A DNA stretch of 64,000 bases, taken from the NCBI GenBank assembly GCA_964106645.2, contig OZ067044.1; one strand, given 5' to 3'. Origin of the DNA: Podarcis pityusensis (taxonomy: Eukaryota). The position numbers and the translations under genes were made by a program. Each line of letters begins with the position of its first letter. Within the stretch, counting starts at the first letter, position 1. A model generated the notes under the pieces. That model did not search any database and had not been told where the DNA came from. It saw only the letters and a program-made list of their open reading frames with translations. Below are positions 50,936 through 64,000 of this stretch, piece by piece.

Positions 50936-51314
50936 CCGTATTTTTCGCTCTATAAGACGCACTTTCCCCCTCCTAAAAAGTAAGGGGAAATGTGTGTGTG
51001 TCTTACGGAGCGAATGCAGGCAGGAGGCTCTGCTCAGCGCTCCCTTTAAAGAGCCGCGTGGAGCGTGTGTGCGGCTCTTGGGGGAGCCTTAGCCGCATGC
51101 AGCCTCTCCCGGTCAGGGGGATGAAGGCTCCCCTTGCTTGGGAGAGGCTGCGTGGGGCTGTCCCATAAGCCAGGACAGCCAGCGGGATTGCTGCGCAGCG
51201 ATCCCGCTTGCTGTCCTGGCTTCTGGGATTCAGAATATTTTTTTTCGTGTTTTCCTCTTCCAAAAACTAGGTGCGTCTTATGGTCTGGTGCGTCTTATAG
51301 AGCGAAAAAAACGG
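50936..51314. mobile_element. pogo/Tigger-like MITE, CCGTA-end family
   Basis: TA|CCGTATTTTTCGCTCTATAAGACGCAC ... GTGCGTCTTATAGAGCGAAAAAAACGG|TA. Confidence 0.9.
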
Positions 51315-51416
51315 TAGATACCAACTCATCCCAAGCCTTGCAGCCTGTCTGGAGAGCGGGGAAAAACTTGCCATTGGGATGCTGACTAGACTTCAGCATG
51401 TTTACACTATTGCTGG

Positions 51417-51418
<2 letters not shown>

Positions 51419-51454
<36 letters not shown>

Positions 51455-51662
51455 TTATACCCTGCCCACCTGGCTGGGTTTCCCCAGCCACTCTGGGCGA
51501 CTTCCAACCGAATATTAAAAACAATACAGCGTCAGACATTAAAAACTTCCCTAAACAGGTCCACCTTCAGTTGTCTTTTAAAAGTAAAATAGTTGTTTAT
51601 TGCCTTGATATCCACTGGGAGGGAGTTCCATAGGACAGGTGCCACTACCAAGAAGGCCCTCA
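51419..51662 (-). mobile_element. L2 LINE 3' end with (AAT)n/(ATT)n tail
   Basis: (aat)n then ttataccctgcccacctggctgggtttccccagccactctgggcg...gggagggagttcca...gaaggccct. Confidence 0.8.
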
Positions 51663-52299
51663 AACTTAGTCATGTTCATTAATTTAAGTGGTGGGTTCAC
51701 TTAGAGTAAAATTTAGCTGAATACTACCTATAGTTGTTTTCTGAACATTTTATGTGCTGGTTAATAATGTACGTAAGAAACAGCTTTCCGATAGGCAGAT
51801 GGACATTTTTGATAATGATTATATATGTCTCTCTGCTCCTTGTTTTTTGAGCTTGGGGCTCATCCAGATTTCCGCTTGTCCCACCACTTTACCCTGGGAA
51901 ACCCAATCTTTACTGCTGAATTGGAGCAAACATCGGTTGAGCCCCAGATTGTGGGTGATATCACGTTGCTTGCAAGCTGCTTGGCTTCCGCCCACCACTG
52001 CTGGCTGCCTTGCCTCTGTTGGCTCTCTGGTACTGCGGCAGCAACTGGGCTGAACCCTTGTGGAGATTGTGCCTATGTTGCTCTGTGCGACGTCACACTC
52101 ATGACTCATTGGGTCGCCCGGCTGAGCACCCACAGTGTGTGCCCAAACGCACACACACGCACACACCGAGATGGCACTTCCAACCACCCCACTCTTTGCT
52201 TTTGGAAGCTTCAGTAGGTGAGGAACACCAAGGGAGAAGGTGAAGCTGTCAGGCTGTTATTTTTGCTGCTGGATGTCATTCACATAATCTTGCTTATAG

Positions 52300-52490
52300 T
52301 ACTGAAATTTTGTTTTTGTATGTTTTTATATTTGCTGTTGTGCTGTTGTTTTATTATGTTGTTATGAAATTGTTTTTGTACTGTTTGATTTTGAAATAGA
52401 TTCCTGTTTTCTTTGTTGTAAGCCGCTTTAAGCACATTTTTTGTGTATGGAAAAGTGGCATACAAATAAAATTACGAATGAAATGAAATT
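52300..52490 (+). mobile_element. L2 LINE 3' tail
   Basis: T-rich UTR, then tgtaagccgcttt...aagtggcatacaaataaa. Confidence 0.6.
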
Positions 52491-53668
52491 ATGAACAAGC
52501 TGGTAAGGAACAAAGCAAGCAAATCAGAAGACAATAGAAAATGAAGCTGCAGAAGTACAGGCAAACATTGGCTGTTTAGAGTCTTCAGCATATGAGTTGT
52601 TGACGAAGTATCAGTATCTTTCTAGCTTCATTTTGTTCTGGCAGTATTTCATGGAATCTGCATATCAAAGTGAATTATATTAAATAATACACATATTAAT
52701 AATATTTAATGGTTCTGTGCGACCCACAATATATATTTAAATTACACAGGCATGTAATAATTCTCTGGAGTTCAGATTATTGGGCATGTTATTCAAATAA
52801 GTTTTATAAATTCCTTCCAGGCTATATCCAGTGATACGTATATTTCTTTCCCTGAGGTTGTTTGATACCCAGTGGTGCCTTGATGTTCTTGCATTGCAGA
52901 ACAAATAGTTATTATTTATTTTCCTGTAATTCTGTCTTTAAATGAAAGAGCCATGAGGGTGTATATCTTTCTTGCTGAGTTGTTATAGATGTACTTGCAC
53001 TAATGGAAAATTGCTAATGTATTACAGTATTGTACATTAATATGAAACACTTACTGCTTGTTTTCTTTTTTATATATAAAAAATAGCTTCATCTTTCAGA
53101 AGTATGTCTAGATAAAATAAATGGAGGTAATTTCTGGTTAGAAAAACATTTGTTGGCTGTAGTGTCTGAATAAAGCAAGATGCAAGTATTCCTCCTCCCT
53201 CTTCCGTTTCCATATGAGTATATGGATCACCAATAAGGATTTGACTCTTTGAAAAGATGGAGCAACTGACTGGTTTAGTGCTTTTAAGTATGTTGGCGTT
53301 GGTAACTTTTGGTTTTATATGACTTCCAAGATCCTTTGTGATTGTTGCCAACAAAGACTTCATGGAACTGTGGATTTCAGTGGGCTTGTAAAAGAGTTTC
53401 ACTTCCTTTATACCAGTGCTCTCATTAGTGTGCTATAAGCGTCTCTAGCACTGTGTGTGTGTTTGTGTGTGAGGGACGGAGGGTGGGACTCAAGGTACAG
53501 TGATCTCAAGTGCTTTACTGCTGACTTCTGGCTGTTTGCTGTTCCAAACCGATAAAACAATTATTTTTCTGATGGTTGAGGCCCATTTCAAATGTGTAGG
53601 CAAAAATAAGCCCTGTAAAAATAAGAACTGACCTTCGTTCTCAATCTCAAATTATCTATTGATGTATT

Positions 53669-53704
53669 AAACAAACAAACAAACAAACAAACAAACAAAC
53701 AACA
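53669..53704. repeat. (AAAC)n microsatellite
   Basis: About 9 units. Confidence 0.95.
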
Positions 53705-54733
53705 GGCCATCCTATCCAGAAGATTTCCACAGTTGTCTCTTCTTGTAGTCAAATAAATTTTACTCAGAGTAGACCCACTAAAGTTAATAGACCTAAGTTA
53801 GTCATGGCCATTAATTTTAATGGGTCTACTATGGGTAAAAGTTGACTACAATCCCACATTTACAATTTTTGCTAAGGTCAACATGGCAGTAAATACGGAA
53901 AACTCACAAATATTAGACAAAATAAAAGTAAGGCTAAATAAAATGTGACAGATACCAGTGGAAGAGTCACCCCATAAAGAATCTCCAGTAAAGGTATACT
54001 TAATCCTTTCTTGAGAAATATAAAGTATCTCACTCAATTTACTAGATTACTCTTGCTGAGAATTGTGATCATTATTATTATTATTGTGATGATGATGAGG
54101 TTGATGATGATGATTAAAGTTTGAGTTTGCTTGCTAGCAGCTGCACAAACAATGAATACTTAAACAGTATTAACTTTGAAGCAATGTTAAAAACACAGAA
54201 CAGAAAGATGGGGACCCTTGAGAAGCCTATCAGAATTTGAAATATGCATGATTGCGCAAAGTCAGAAAAACAGCTCCTCCTCTAGAATTTAAGTATTCCA
54301 AGCAAAGTTGGCTAGCCTTGTCTCTGAAGGAAACAATCAAATACAAGAAGTACTAAGGCTTATTTATCCAGAGAAATTGAGTATAACAAAAGTGCAACAG
54401 ATCAGTCTATTTATCACCTGAACAGAGATAAATGAAAGCTGTAAACAATGATAATGAGTAGTGAAAAGATTAATCTTTTAATTTTCTCTCTTCCCTCTAT
54501 GAGCTCCTCTACTCAGCATTCTTTCTAATTTTGAGAAGCTGACCACATAGTCCACAAATCAGTTAAGATACAATGCTGAGATTCAAGCAAGCTGATTCCC
54601 TTGGAAATTAATGAGAATAATAGACTATCTTAAAAGCTAAGCACTGTGGCTTAGCAGGTGTATAAATCAGAATATTTGCTTCTAAATAAAGGAAGATGTG
54701 CCAGGAGTTATGATATTATTTTAAAAGCTAGTC

Positions 54734-55125
54734 CATAAGCTCCAACATTCTACTAATAAAAATCAGGACCCGGGCCTTGCACTTCCTTCCCAAAACCCAG
54801 TAAGCTTCTGCCTGGCTTAGGTAAGGAGGCATGATGCTCTGACAGGGTGTGAAAGCCCTTCTGCCTCTTTCCCAAAGCCCTGTAAGTGCTTGCTGGCTTT
54901 GGGAAGGAGGCAGAAGGGCTGCAGGATCCTGTCAGAGCCTCATACCTTCTTCCCAAAGGCTAGAAAATGCTCCTTTACAATGCTTCTGCCGCTACAGGAG
55001 CCGCTTCTACAGTCCCCATCCACAGGTGACGTGAAATTGGGGCAGGCCAGGATGAAGGCAGAGACTGGGGCACCTTCAAAGAAAACATGCTTGTCCCACT
55101 TAAATTGGGGCACTTAGAATGTATG
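54734..55125. mobile_element. Degraded DNA-transposon-like element
   Basis: cata..ccaac start and ...ggggcac..gaatgtatg end; internal inverted repeats (ccttcccaaa / tttgggaagg; ctctgacagg / cctgtcagag). Confidence 0.45.
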
Positions 55126-55161
55126 GTAGTCCCGTCCTTTTACCTTGACACTTTCACAATA

Positions 55162-55394
55162 CAGTGGTACCTTGGGTCTCGAATTTAATCAGTTGCAGGA
55201 GTCTTTTTGACTCCGGGAACGGTTCAAAAACCAAGGTGCGGCTTCTGGAAGCGGCAATCAGAAGCCGCGGAAGCTGCATCGGACGTTCAGCTTCCAAAGA
55301 ACGTTTGCAAACCGGAACACCCACTTCTGGGTTTGCGACGTTCAGTAGCCAATTTGTTCGACAACTAAGCCATTCGACTACCAAGGTACCACTG
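55162..55394. mobile_element. Tc1/mariner MITE (CAGTGGTACC end)
   Basis: TA|cagtggtaccttgg ... ccaaggtaccactg|TA, perfect 14-bp TIR. Confidence 0.9.
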
Positions 55395-58300
55395 TATCTT
55401 TTAAATGTAAGGAGTATGAGACGACACAGTCTTTGAAGAGCGGAATTGTGTAGTGCTGTATCGTTATAATACGGCTATATTAGTTATTTTTACAATTTTA
55501 TTGGCAACTGTAATATGTATGCTATTCTTTATTGGAAAAATATTGTCATAGTATCTCTCTGTCATACAAAACTGTTCCCACACTGACATCTCTCAGAATG
55601 TATTAGCCCTACTTCCTGTATCAGAGCCTGGTTAAGGAAGAAGGGATTTAAGGGGATGGACTGCAGGGGTTAGAGCTTTCTTAGTATTGGTGTTCGGCTG
55701 TTTTCACCTACGTGACCACTCTCACACCTATCTTTAGATCTTTAGTTGTGCATTTACAGTACAGGTCTATCACTATCACATAGTTTGTGTCTTTAATGAC
55801 ATGCTGACCTTAATTATGGACTTCTGTTATTGGGCATCAACTAGGTATCAGTGATAATGACTGTTATGTATCATGCTTTAGGTCACATACATCTTGTATT
55901 GTCATTGTTCATTCTATAAGAGTTCAGTGTTGTCTAGTTCATTATGGGGAGAAGAAACCTGTCACCTGAGTGACATCAATTTCCCTTTTTCTCTAGCCCT
56001 TTTCACATGCTACTCATATTCTCAGCAATCATGGATACAACAGGAAGCAAGACTGCACCTACAGTGTTCCATTTCCCACTGGCCTTGCCCCATTGCTGTT
56101 CACACGTTAAGCACCAAGTCTGCAAATGGGTGTCTCTTTATAAGCAGCTTAAGCAGATGTTTATTTGCAGATGTCCATGTGGGGTACATAAACATCAGTG
56201 GGATAGGACCAGTTGAGGGCACCATGTTCAGTGCCAGCAGCACAGCCATGTATGCTCCCCGTAGTATCTTATGATTACCCTACATGTGAGTGATGCATGA
56301 AAAGAGTGTTTGAATTCAAAGGAAAGTTTCTTTCCTTAGTGACAGCTGTATGCATCTCTGTATCAAATAACTTTTTGAAGTTGAATAACTTTTTAAAATA
56401 ACTTTTTAAAGCAGGGCAGAGTGTGTAAATGAACTAAGGGTTTCTTCAAAACTTCTTTTTGTAAAAGATCTGAAAAACAATAGTTAGAGATGAGATGAAA
56501 CATCACCACAGGTATAAATTTCTGCCTAGCAGCTGTGAGTCAGTCACATTATAGAATCATGGATCTGGAAGAGGCCAAAAGGCCTTCAAATTGAAACCAT
56601 ACACACTACAGCCATGCCGCACAATCTAGACCATTTTGTATCATAGTCTGAACGCAAGTGCACCGTCAAAGATGACTGCAGAGTAAACAGCAGTGCGTCT
56701 TGACAATGCATTTTGTCCCCTCAATTGAAAGCTTGAATTTGTACTGTAGATTATTGCGGGCAGTCAGTTTCTTGCCTCTGATGTTTTATTGTGTTTTGAT
56801 AGTGTCTGTTTTAATTTTGTGTTAACGTTTGGAATTTTTATGTATACCACTGTGGAATCCATATTTGTGTGAAGGTACGATTTACAAAATTTTAAAATAA
56901 TAAAATTAATGGGGACAAGAAAGAGAGTTCTGCAGAGGTTATGAAACCTTGCAGTGAGCCCAAACTCTACCAGGTAGTGATTGGTCCCTGGCAAGAGGGA
57001 CATCGAATTCTTCTGGATACAGATCACCACCATAATGTTCTCTGGCATCAAGAAGAATTTTCCGTAAGGTTCTCCTTTGGATCACCCTTCCTTCTGGTTC
57101 CAAATAAAGTAACTAGCTGAAAACAGACTATTTGAATTCAAGCAATAATTAACAAACATGTAAAACACCGACACCTCAGTAACAAGAAGGATCCTTTCCC
57201 TATTCTAAGACACAGATTCCATTCGAAGCAGCAGACTAGGGTGTCCAAATGTGCAGTCATCTCATAAGGTTGTTGTAACTCTCAGACACATAACAGGTGA
57301 TGGTAGTATTACTCTGCAGAAAACAAAGGGTTGTACTCAACATAGCTTTAAGAAGAATGTTCTATTGGTGCAAGGATTTCTCCTTGAGCAGCAGAACGTT
57401 CTGCTCCTTCCCTTTCCCATGTCCTCTAAATCTGTTCTGGCATTTCCCTCCACTCTCCAAGACAGATTTTTTTGGGAGGGAAGTGGTCTCATTGTGCTAG
57501 TGCAAATACATAATGGAATACCACCCCGAGTATCTAATCATGATAATAGGACTTTTCTTTTAGATGCCGAACCACTAAAACCACTTTAGAGGGATTTTAA
57601 AGGGGTTAAACAAATGAATGGAGGAGCTTTGGATGGCTGGCTCCTTTCTACAGTCTTAGCATAGGGAAATTTTCCTACCTAACCAACTCTGAATTTACCA
57701 AATTAATGAGGGTTGTGTGAGACAGTGAGGTCTTCTTCACTTTGACTCTGAGAAGATGGTCGTTCTTTAGTTAGAAAAAAAATTCCAGTTCCTTTTCTTC
57801 AAAGCAGCTCTTTTAAAAACCACATATATCTCATAAAAGCACTTCCATCTCCTGCTTAGACAAGAAAGTTTCTGAAGAGGTGGGCTATGTGACATCCTAA
57901 GGAGTGCCTTCAAGGAAGTTCTTTGCTATTATCTGCCTCCTACTGGTCAGACAGAATTGCCTTCCAGTTTGGAGTGACACCTGAGAAACCGATTTTTATT
58001 TGCTCATTGCTAATGCATACAGGAGTAAATCCAGATGAAGAGTTGATTGGCAGAATGAAAAGGAGACTCTGCTATAAAATTGAATTGTGTCAGCAACTTG
58101 TTTTGCTTCCTATTTTTCCCATCCAAAAAGAAAGTACGTAAGAAGGAGGAATTGTTAACAGCTTTCTTCTCATCTGAAATTTAATTACTATGTATGAGCA
58201 AAATAATTCCATAGAAGTATTAAACAATATTAATATAAGGTTGCCTATCATTGACATTTTCCAGCCATTGCTTTTTCTGTTTCTGGGTATGATCTCTGAG

Positions 58301-58645
58301 AATTTTATTACTAAAATATATTGCAAAGTGACAGAGAATTAGCAAAAGATGAGGTGATGCCGTACATTTAAAAGACTAATCCAGTATTCATTGTCTCTGA
58401 TCTGTGTTAAAATTAATGATATTAGATAATCCACCAATTGAACAGATAATGAAGTGGAAGTAATAAGGACTTAATAAAACTGTTTTTCTTTTATTAAATT
58501 ACCTTACTTTTTGAGCTTACAATGTATTGAAGTTTATGTTTAGCGTTCTAACAAAACTCAGATGAAGAGCATTGGGGAGAGGGGTGGATGGAGATTACTA
58601 TGTTTTTTCTGATTTTTACAGATACCTGAACTACTATTGCAGTTT

Positions 58646-58712
58646 AATCTTGTTTTATTTAGACTATTTCTGGCCAATAATCTTGTTTTATTTAGACTAT
58701 TTCTGGCCAATA
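58646..58712. repeat. About 33-bp tandem duplication
   Basis: aatcttgttttatttagactatttctggccaat x2. Confidence 0.9.
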
Positions 58713-58724
58713 AAGCGAGATGAG

Positions 58725-58790
58725 TGCCACAACCCCAGAGTTGGTCACAACTGGACCTAATGGTCAGGGGTCCCTTTACCTTTACCTTTT
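58725..58790 (+). mobile_element. Sauria SINE 3' fragment
   Basis: caaccccagagttggtcacaactggacctaatggtcaggggtccctttacctttacctt. Confidence 0.8.
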
Positions 58791-60212
58791 TATACTACTT
58801 AATATAAAATATAAGTCTAAGTGGTATACAGAAAACTAAAGCAACAACAGACAACTTAAACAGCATTTTTTAAAACAAAAATGCTGTTACATATACAGCT
58901 GTTACATTAACACAAAATTTCTAATGCATATATGTAAAGCAATATGAATCCCTTCTTCTTCTGACACACCTCCCCTCCCCTCATCCACCGTTGCTCTCTT
59001 TTCCCACTTTTTTTTACTGGTGTTGCCATCCTTCAGGAGTCCTGCTTGCTTGACTGACTTTCTTTTATATACAGAACACTTTACTATAAACTATTTAACT
59101 TCTACCCTGAGGTCCTAATGATACTTTCCTGCATCTGTTTGCAAAAAAACTGGCATTTTTTCTTCAGCAGTTCTATCTAGGGGAGGGAGGTAAGAAATGA
59201 CCAGAGGCCACAGCAATTCACTCAAAAAACCAAATGGTCCCACTGGCCTAAAAAGATTGGTGATCCTTGATCTGTAGCCTCTCCAACTGGGACATGATCT
59301 CAGATTGTAATAACAGGGAGTTTGTTAGTTTTCACTGACTCTACTTGAGCTTCATGTGATCCTCCTCCTCTGGTTCTGTCACAGGAAGTTGGTGGGGCAC
59401 AACAAGAACCCCTGCTCCCAGGCGCAAACCTTTGTCAGGCTGAGGAACAACATGAGCCAATAGGGGTTGTGTGGGTGATTCTTATGGCTGGATCTGGCAT
59501 CTATGATGGGAGGCTGTGCTGTTTGAGTGATTGGGCTGAAACCACAGTATAGCACTGAGCAGATGGTCATACTGACAAGATTAAGTGATAATTACCTCCT
59601 CCCCTGCACAGTGAGACTTAGATATACTTTCGGATCTGATTATGCTGACTAATCAATGAGATGCGCGCAGTGTGGGCAGCCCAACTCTACATGCATATTT
59701 CTGAATAAGGGCATTTATTAGTAGTGGAGTGAAAATGGAAGAGAGGAATCCCACATTTCCCAAACTTACCAAAGTGTTTGTGGGAGAAGACAGCTTAGAT
59801 AGTTTCCAGGAAACAGCTCAGTAGGGCCTCATGCCTTTAACGTTGTTCATGCTCACAGTGTACTAATGCTGGGAATCGTGGGAAATGTTCCCTATTGTCT
59901 CTAGATATTATAGTACATTATAGACACATGCACAGCAGGATATGGAGACACTATGAACTCCTTTTCCATGGTTTCAGGCATCTGTGGGTCCTGCTGTGCA
60001 GATGTGGCAACATTCAGAGGAAAAAGGAAATCCTACTGAATGTCCTCCTTGCTGCCCCTCCACTTTGGTAAGTTAGGAAGGGTGGCATTTGCCATAAGCA
60101 GGCCTCAAGCAGGCCTCTAGGTGCCATCACTCCCAGGGAGGCCTAGATATCTTACCAGAATGGAATGGATCAGTTGTTTAAAAGGGTTAATTTCAGGTGC
60201 CTGGTAGAAGTC

Positions 60213-60600
60213 CTTATTTTATTTTATTTTATTTTCAATTTATTCTTAAATATGTATACCAACCTTCATCTGTACATGTTAGGGCAGTTGACAACATAGA
60301 GATGCCACATAAAAGCACAAAATGCATAAGAAAAACAAGAAGAAAGGGGGGGGGCAAACCAATAAGCCCCTTACCCCACTCCCTCCCACAAACACATTTG
60401 AAAGGGGTATGTGAGGAACCTTTTCACCTGTCGCCTCAAGGTATATAATGAAAGCACCAACCAAACCTTCTTGGGAGGATCATTCCACAAACAGGGAACC
60501 ACTGCAGAAAAGGCCCATTCTTGTGTTGCACCCTCTGGACCCTCTTGTTTGGGAGGAACATGAAGAATATCCCATATGAACTGGACATAGGGGTGATGGA
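60213..60600 (-). mobile_element. L2 LINE 3' end
   Basis: (ttatt)n tail, gtataccaaccttcatc...agggcagttgacaac...cttgggagga.cattccacaaacaggg..ccactgcagaaaaggccc. Confidence 0.7.
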
Positions 60601-60742
60601 TTGGTTCCGCTCATCCGTAATCTCTAGGGTTAAATTGATTTTTTTAAATGAGCACATACCCATTTTAATGTGTTTCACATAGCATTTCCACATAACCCTC
60701 TTACATGGAAAAATGATTTTAAGTATTTAATTTGAACTTGTA

Positions 60743-60984
60743 CAGTGGTACCTTGGGTTTCATACGCTTCAGGTTACATACACTTCAGGTTACAGACTCT
60801 GCTAACCCAGAAATATTACCTCGGGTTAAGAACTTTGCTTCAGGATAAGAACAGAAATCGTTCAGCAGCAGTGCAGCAGCAGTGGGAGGCCCCATTAGCT
60901 GAAGTGGTGCTTCAGGTTAAGAACAGTTTCAGGTTAAGAACTGACCTCCAGAACGAATTAAGTTCTTAACCCGAGGTACCACTG
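60743..60984. mobile_element. Tc1/mariner MITE (CAGTGGTACC end), same subfamily as 38857
   Basis: TA|cagtggtaccttgggtt ... aacccgaggtaccactg|TA; shares gctaaccc and gacctcc.gaacgaattaagttc with the 38857 copy. Confidence 0.9.
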
Positions 60985-61732
60985 TACTTTAATATTTCAA
61001 AACATTTCCTGGAATAGCTACAGAGAGGAATCTGTGTAAAACAAAACAATTAAATCAATTGGCACATTTCAGATTAGGAATGCGGGGTGTGGGGTGTGAA
61101 GAACTTGCTATACATATAGCCTTGTATAATGGTGCTTTTAGAAATACGGGACTTATTTGCAGTTAACTACAGGAGGAAAATCAAACAAGATATTATTAAA
61201 GGTGGTGGACTAGTTACAGAGTGTACATTTTTTATGTTCTTCATTGCTTTTCAGTGCTGTAATTGGTTTTTTTAGCTTTATTCCTTTTGGGATCAGGGGT
61301 GGAGGATAAAATGCTTCATAAACAGTTTGTGCTCACGATATAGCATTTTTGACATGTTGCCTACAAAGTATTGCCAAATGTTCAAAGATAGCAGAACAAC
61401 TCATTCTAAATTTTTAAATTTTTCTCCATGTGAATGTGGTTGTAGGGATCAGCTCCAGTGGCATTAATCCCCCGTTTTGTGTGGGATGCAGAGGATGCAT
61501 GTATACCTTGCATGCTACATTCCTGCTAGCACAGATCATTGCACCCAGCAATATGAGTCCTACTTGCTGAGTGCAAGGATTTGTGGATTGGGTGGGGTGT
61601 ATTTTGTGTATTTCCTCATCTGTAGAGTATGCTAACCATTAAGTATGCTTGTCCTGTAAAGTCTTTTATTAAGTATCAGCATATTCAGTATGAGACCAGT
61701 CTTACTGTATATTTGTTATTCACCATGTTCTT

Positions 61733-61734
<2 letters not shown>

Positions 61735-61771
<37 letters not shown>
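61735..61771. repeat. (CA)n microsatellite
   Basis: About 18 units. Confidence 0.95.
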
Positions 61772-61773
<2 letters not shown>

Positions 61774-62153
61774 GTGAGACAAGTTGTAAGCTCTGCAGTG
61801 AAAATGAGATCTTCTCTGGCAGTCATTTACCTTCAGTGAGCATTTTCCAGAAGCAACTTAACAGTGTGAGTATATACATTTGTTATACAAGAGAATTCCC
61901 AGAGAGCAGGTCAAAAGTTGCTGCGTCAAGGATGAGGTAGTTAGCTTTATAGAATTCCTTTCTCTTCATGTTAAAATCCAATTTCCCTCATTCAGATTTA
62001 TGCACTGTGCCTGTGATCAACATTTCAGACTACTTTAAACAGATTTTTCCCACTGCAAGAAACCACACATTTAGATAAGATGTGTAGTTTCATGCATATT
62101 GTTCTTAAGGCAGCAATCCTAAATGAAATTTCCTAGGAGCATTAATTTAATTT

Positions 62154-62304
62154 AGGGTTGCCACATTTCAAACAGTGATTTTTTAACGGGGGGGGGGGGC
62201 GAAGTTGTTTTAGCTACTTTTAGGGAAAGTTGGCGAAAACAACACTGACAACATGGGTTGTCATACGTCCAGATTTTGCTGATTTCTGGACGTATGGCAG
62301 CCCT
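62154..62304. mobile_element. MITE with AGGGTTGCCA ends (hAT/Blackjack-like) and 9-bp TSD
   Basis: agggttgcca ... tggcagccct flanked by atttaattt on both sides (62145-62153 and 62305-62313). Confidence 0.75.
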
Positions 62305-62444
62305 ATTTAATTTGACCTACACGGGATTGTGTCGCTTATAACTAGTAGTAACATTTCAAGTCATTTGATTTTTTGTTATAATAGCAAAAGAAACTCCATC
62401 TGGTAATAAATAGTACTGCATTATTTATTTATTTATTATGTGTG

Positions 62445-62655
62445 AACGTAAGCCTGCCCTCCAAAAAGGGACGGGTGGAGTAAAAAATAGGACTATTAGC
62501 CCATCTAGCTCTGTCTTGCCCACATTGACTGTCAGTGGCTGTCAGTGGTTTCTTCCAGAAAGGAATCTTTCCTACTCATGCCTAGAGATGCCAAGAATAG
62601 AACTTGGAATATTCTGCATGCAAAGTATGTACCGTGCTACTGTGCTATGACCCTT
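62445..62655 (-). mobile_element. tRNA-derived SINE with CR1-like tail (Squam3-like), degraded
   Basis: The minus strand reads agggtcatagcacagtagcacgg...ttgcatgcagaa...caagttc..ttcttggcatctc...gagctagatgggctaatagtcc. Confidence 0.6.
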
Positions 62656-63274
62656 CCCATCACACTAAGATAGTGCAACAATATTACATGTATTTATCAA
62701 CATATATTATCTGATGACATTATGGAGCTGAAGCTTCAGTATAGCCTGTTTGTGTTTCTTTGTTTGTTTTTACAAATAACTTTTAACCTTGGATTAATTC
62801 TGTAGGTTTTGACACAATCTTTTCCCCTTTCAAATATTTAAGACGGTTGTTTTCCCACCAGCCAAAATTACATGTTTTGTACAAATGAAACAACATATAC
62901 ATTACCATCTTCTTGCACAGCCTCTAGATGTGGGGATAGTGTGGATCCTGGCCAGTAAAATGCTTATTTTCTGTCTAACAAATTAAGGAATAATGACTTT
63001 TTTTCAAGGAGTCTTGTGGCACATTAGCAGCTACATATATTTTTATGTTACCTGAGGTTTGATAGGCTAGAGCAGAGGCGGCAAACTCACGGTGTATAGG
63101 CTGGATCTGATTTGCCACACGATTTTGTTGATTGCTTGCCAGTCCTCCGTGGCCCAATTTACACCCCCCCTCTAGAACCTTGAAATCAAGGTGGGGATGG
63201 GGATTCAAAAGGCTGTCTTCTCAGTCCAACACCTCTGCTATACTGCTAGAGAGAGGTTGGAATATAGGGTTTAT

Positions 63275-63554
63275 CAGGGGTCAGCAACCTTTTTTAGCAG
63301 GGGGCTGCTCCACTGTCCCTCAGACCTCATGGGGGGCCAGACCCTAACCCTAACCCAGAGATGCATTTTAAATAAAAGCACACAATCTGCTTGTGGAAAA
63401 ACACCAGGCAGGCCCCACAAATAACCCAGAGATGCATTGTAAATAACACATTCTACTCATGTAAAAACACACTGATTCCCGGACCCTCCGCAGGCTGGAT
63501 TGAGAAGGCGATTGGGCTGTATCCGGCCCCCGGGCCTTAGGTTGCATACCCCTG
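63275..63554. mobile_element. hAT-type MITE
   Basis: caggggtcagcaacct ... aggttgcatacccctg TIRs; internal duplication aacccagagatgcatt. Confidence 0.8.
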
Positions 63555-64000
63555 GTTTGGATGATAGCCTCTTACATTTTCTCTATCTGCTTTGCTCTCT
63601 TTGCAGCTAAATGGTCAGTAAGTGTGGTGAGTGTGTGATGTATATGTGTGCTAAGGGCAAGAGTGAGTATGCAGTCACATTGAGTCCAAATATTCTTTTT
63701 AAAAGGGGCTCCACTAATATGTGATCCACTATTGATTGTGGGACCCTTTTCCCTATTGGAATACAGCTAGGCTGCAACTCAGGCTCTACCCTCTCATTGG
63801 CTGGATCTCAGAGAGCTGCATCATACAAAATCGGTTCTATGGCTTGCAGATGTTCCTGTGAACTGTTTGTCTAGAGTTTAACTGTGCTTCTAGGCACCAA
63901 ATCTCAGGGAAAAGAGAAGAGATATGGCGAGTCATTTTACATTATATAAATGTATAATGGACTTTACAGATTGTGTTTTGCTGTTCCAAGTTTCTGCTTC

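Noticed and set aside
63341-63356. ccctaaccctaaccc telomere-like repeat
   Set aside because: Only about 2.5 units inside a hAT MITE, which is not enough for an interstitial telomere.
43844-64000. Search for PTPRM exon 3 (and for exon 1 upstream of exon 2)
   Set aside because: By eye I found no segment encoding the expected MAM continuation or the signal peptide. They are presumed to lie outside the window, but I could have missed them without TBLASTN.

Overview
Eukaryotic, AT-rich, repeat-dense vertebrate DNA, almost certainly from a squamate and probably a lacertid lizard. This rests on Sauria/Squam1-type SINEs with (ACCTTT)n tails, squamate-type CR1/L2 ends and MITEs. The only host exon I can support is a 123-bp phase-1/1 exon at 43721-43843 (+) encoding the start of the MAM domain of receptor tyrosine phosphatase mu (PTPRM exon 2). 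The rest of the window is therefore probably PTPRM intron 1 and intron 2. The introns hold the 3' end of a chromodomain-bearing Gypsy LTR retrotransposon (1-1232), an internally deleted CR1 that keeps its 5' part, L2/L1/CR1 fragments, two putative solo LTRs, SINEs, about 15 non-autonomous DNA transposons (two TA-target Tc1/mariner-pogo families and hAT-like elements), and microsatellites. The most interesting observation is in the Gypsy integrase. After a chromodomain with a degenerate aromatic cage it carries an acidic tail with two tandem 'F...D/E-rich...FxGF' motifs. These closely resemble the host TND-interacting/LEDGF-IBD-binding motifs of JPO2, MLL1, PogZ and IWS1, suggesting a possible host-mimicking integration-targeting module. 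Its reading frame also runs deep into the LTR. Most short ORFs in the supplied track are not real genes.
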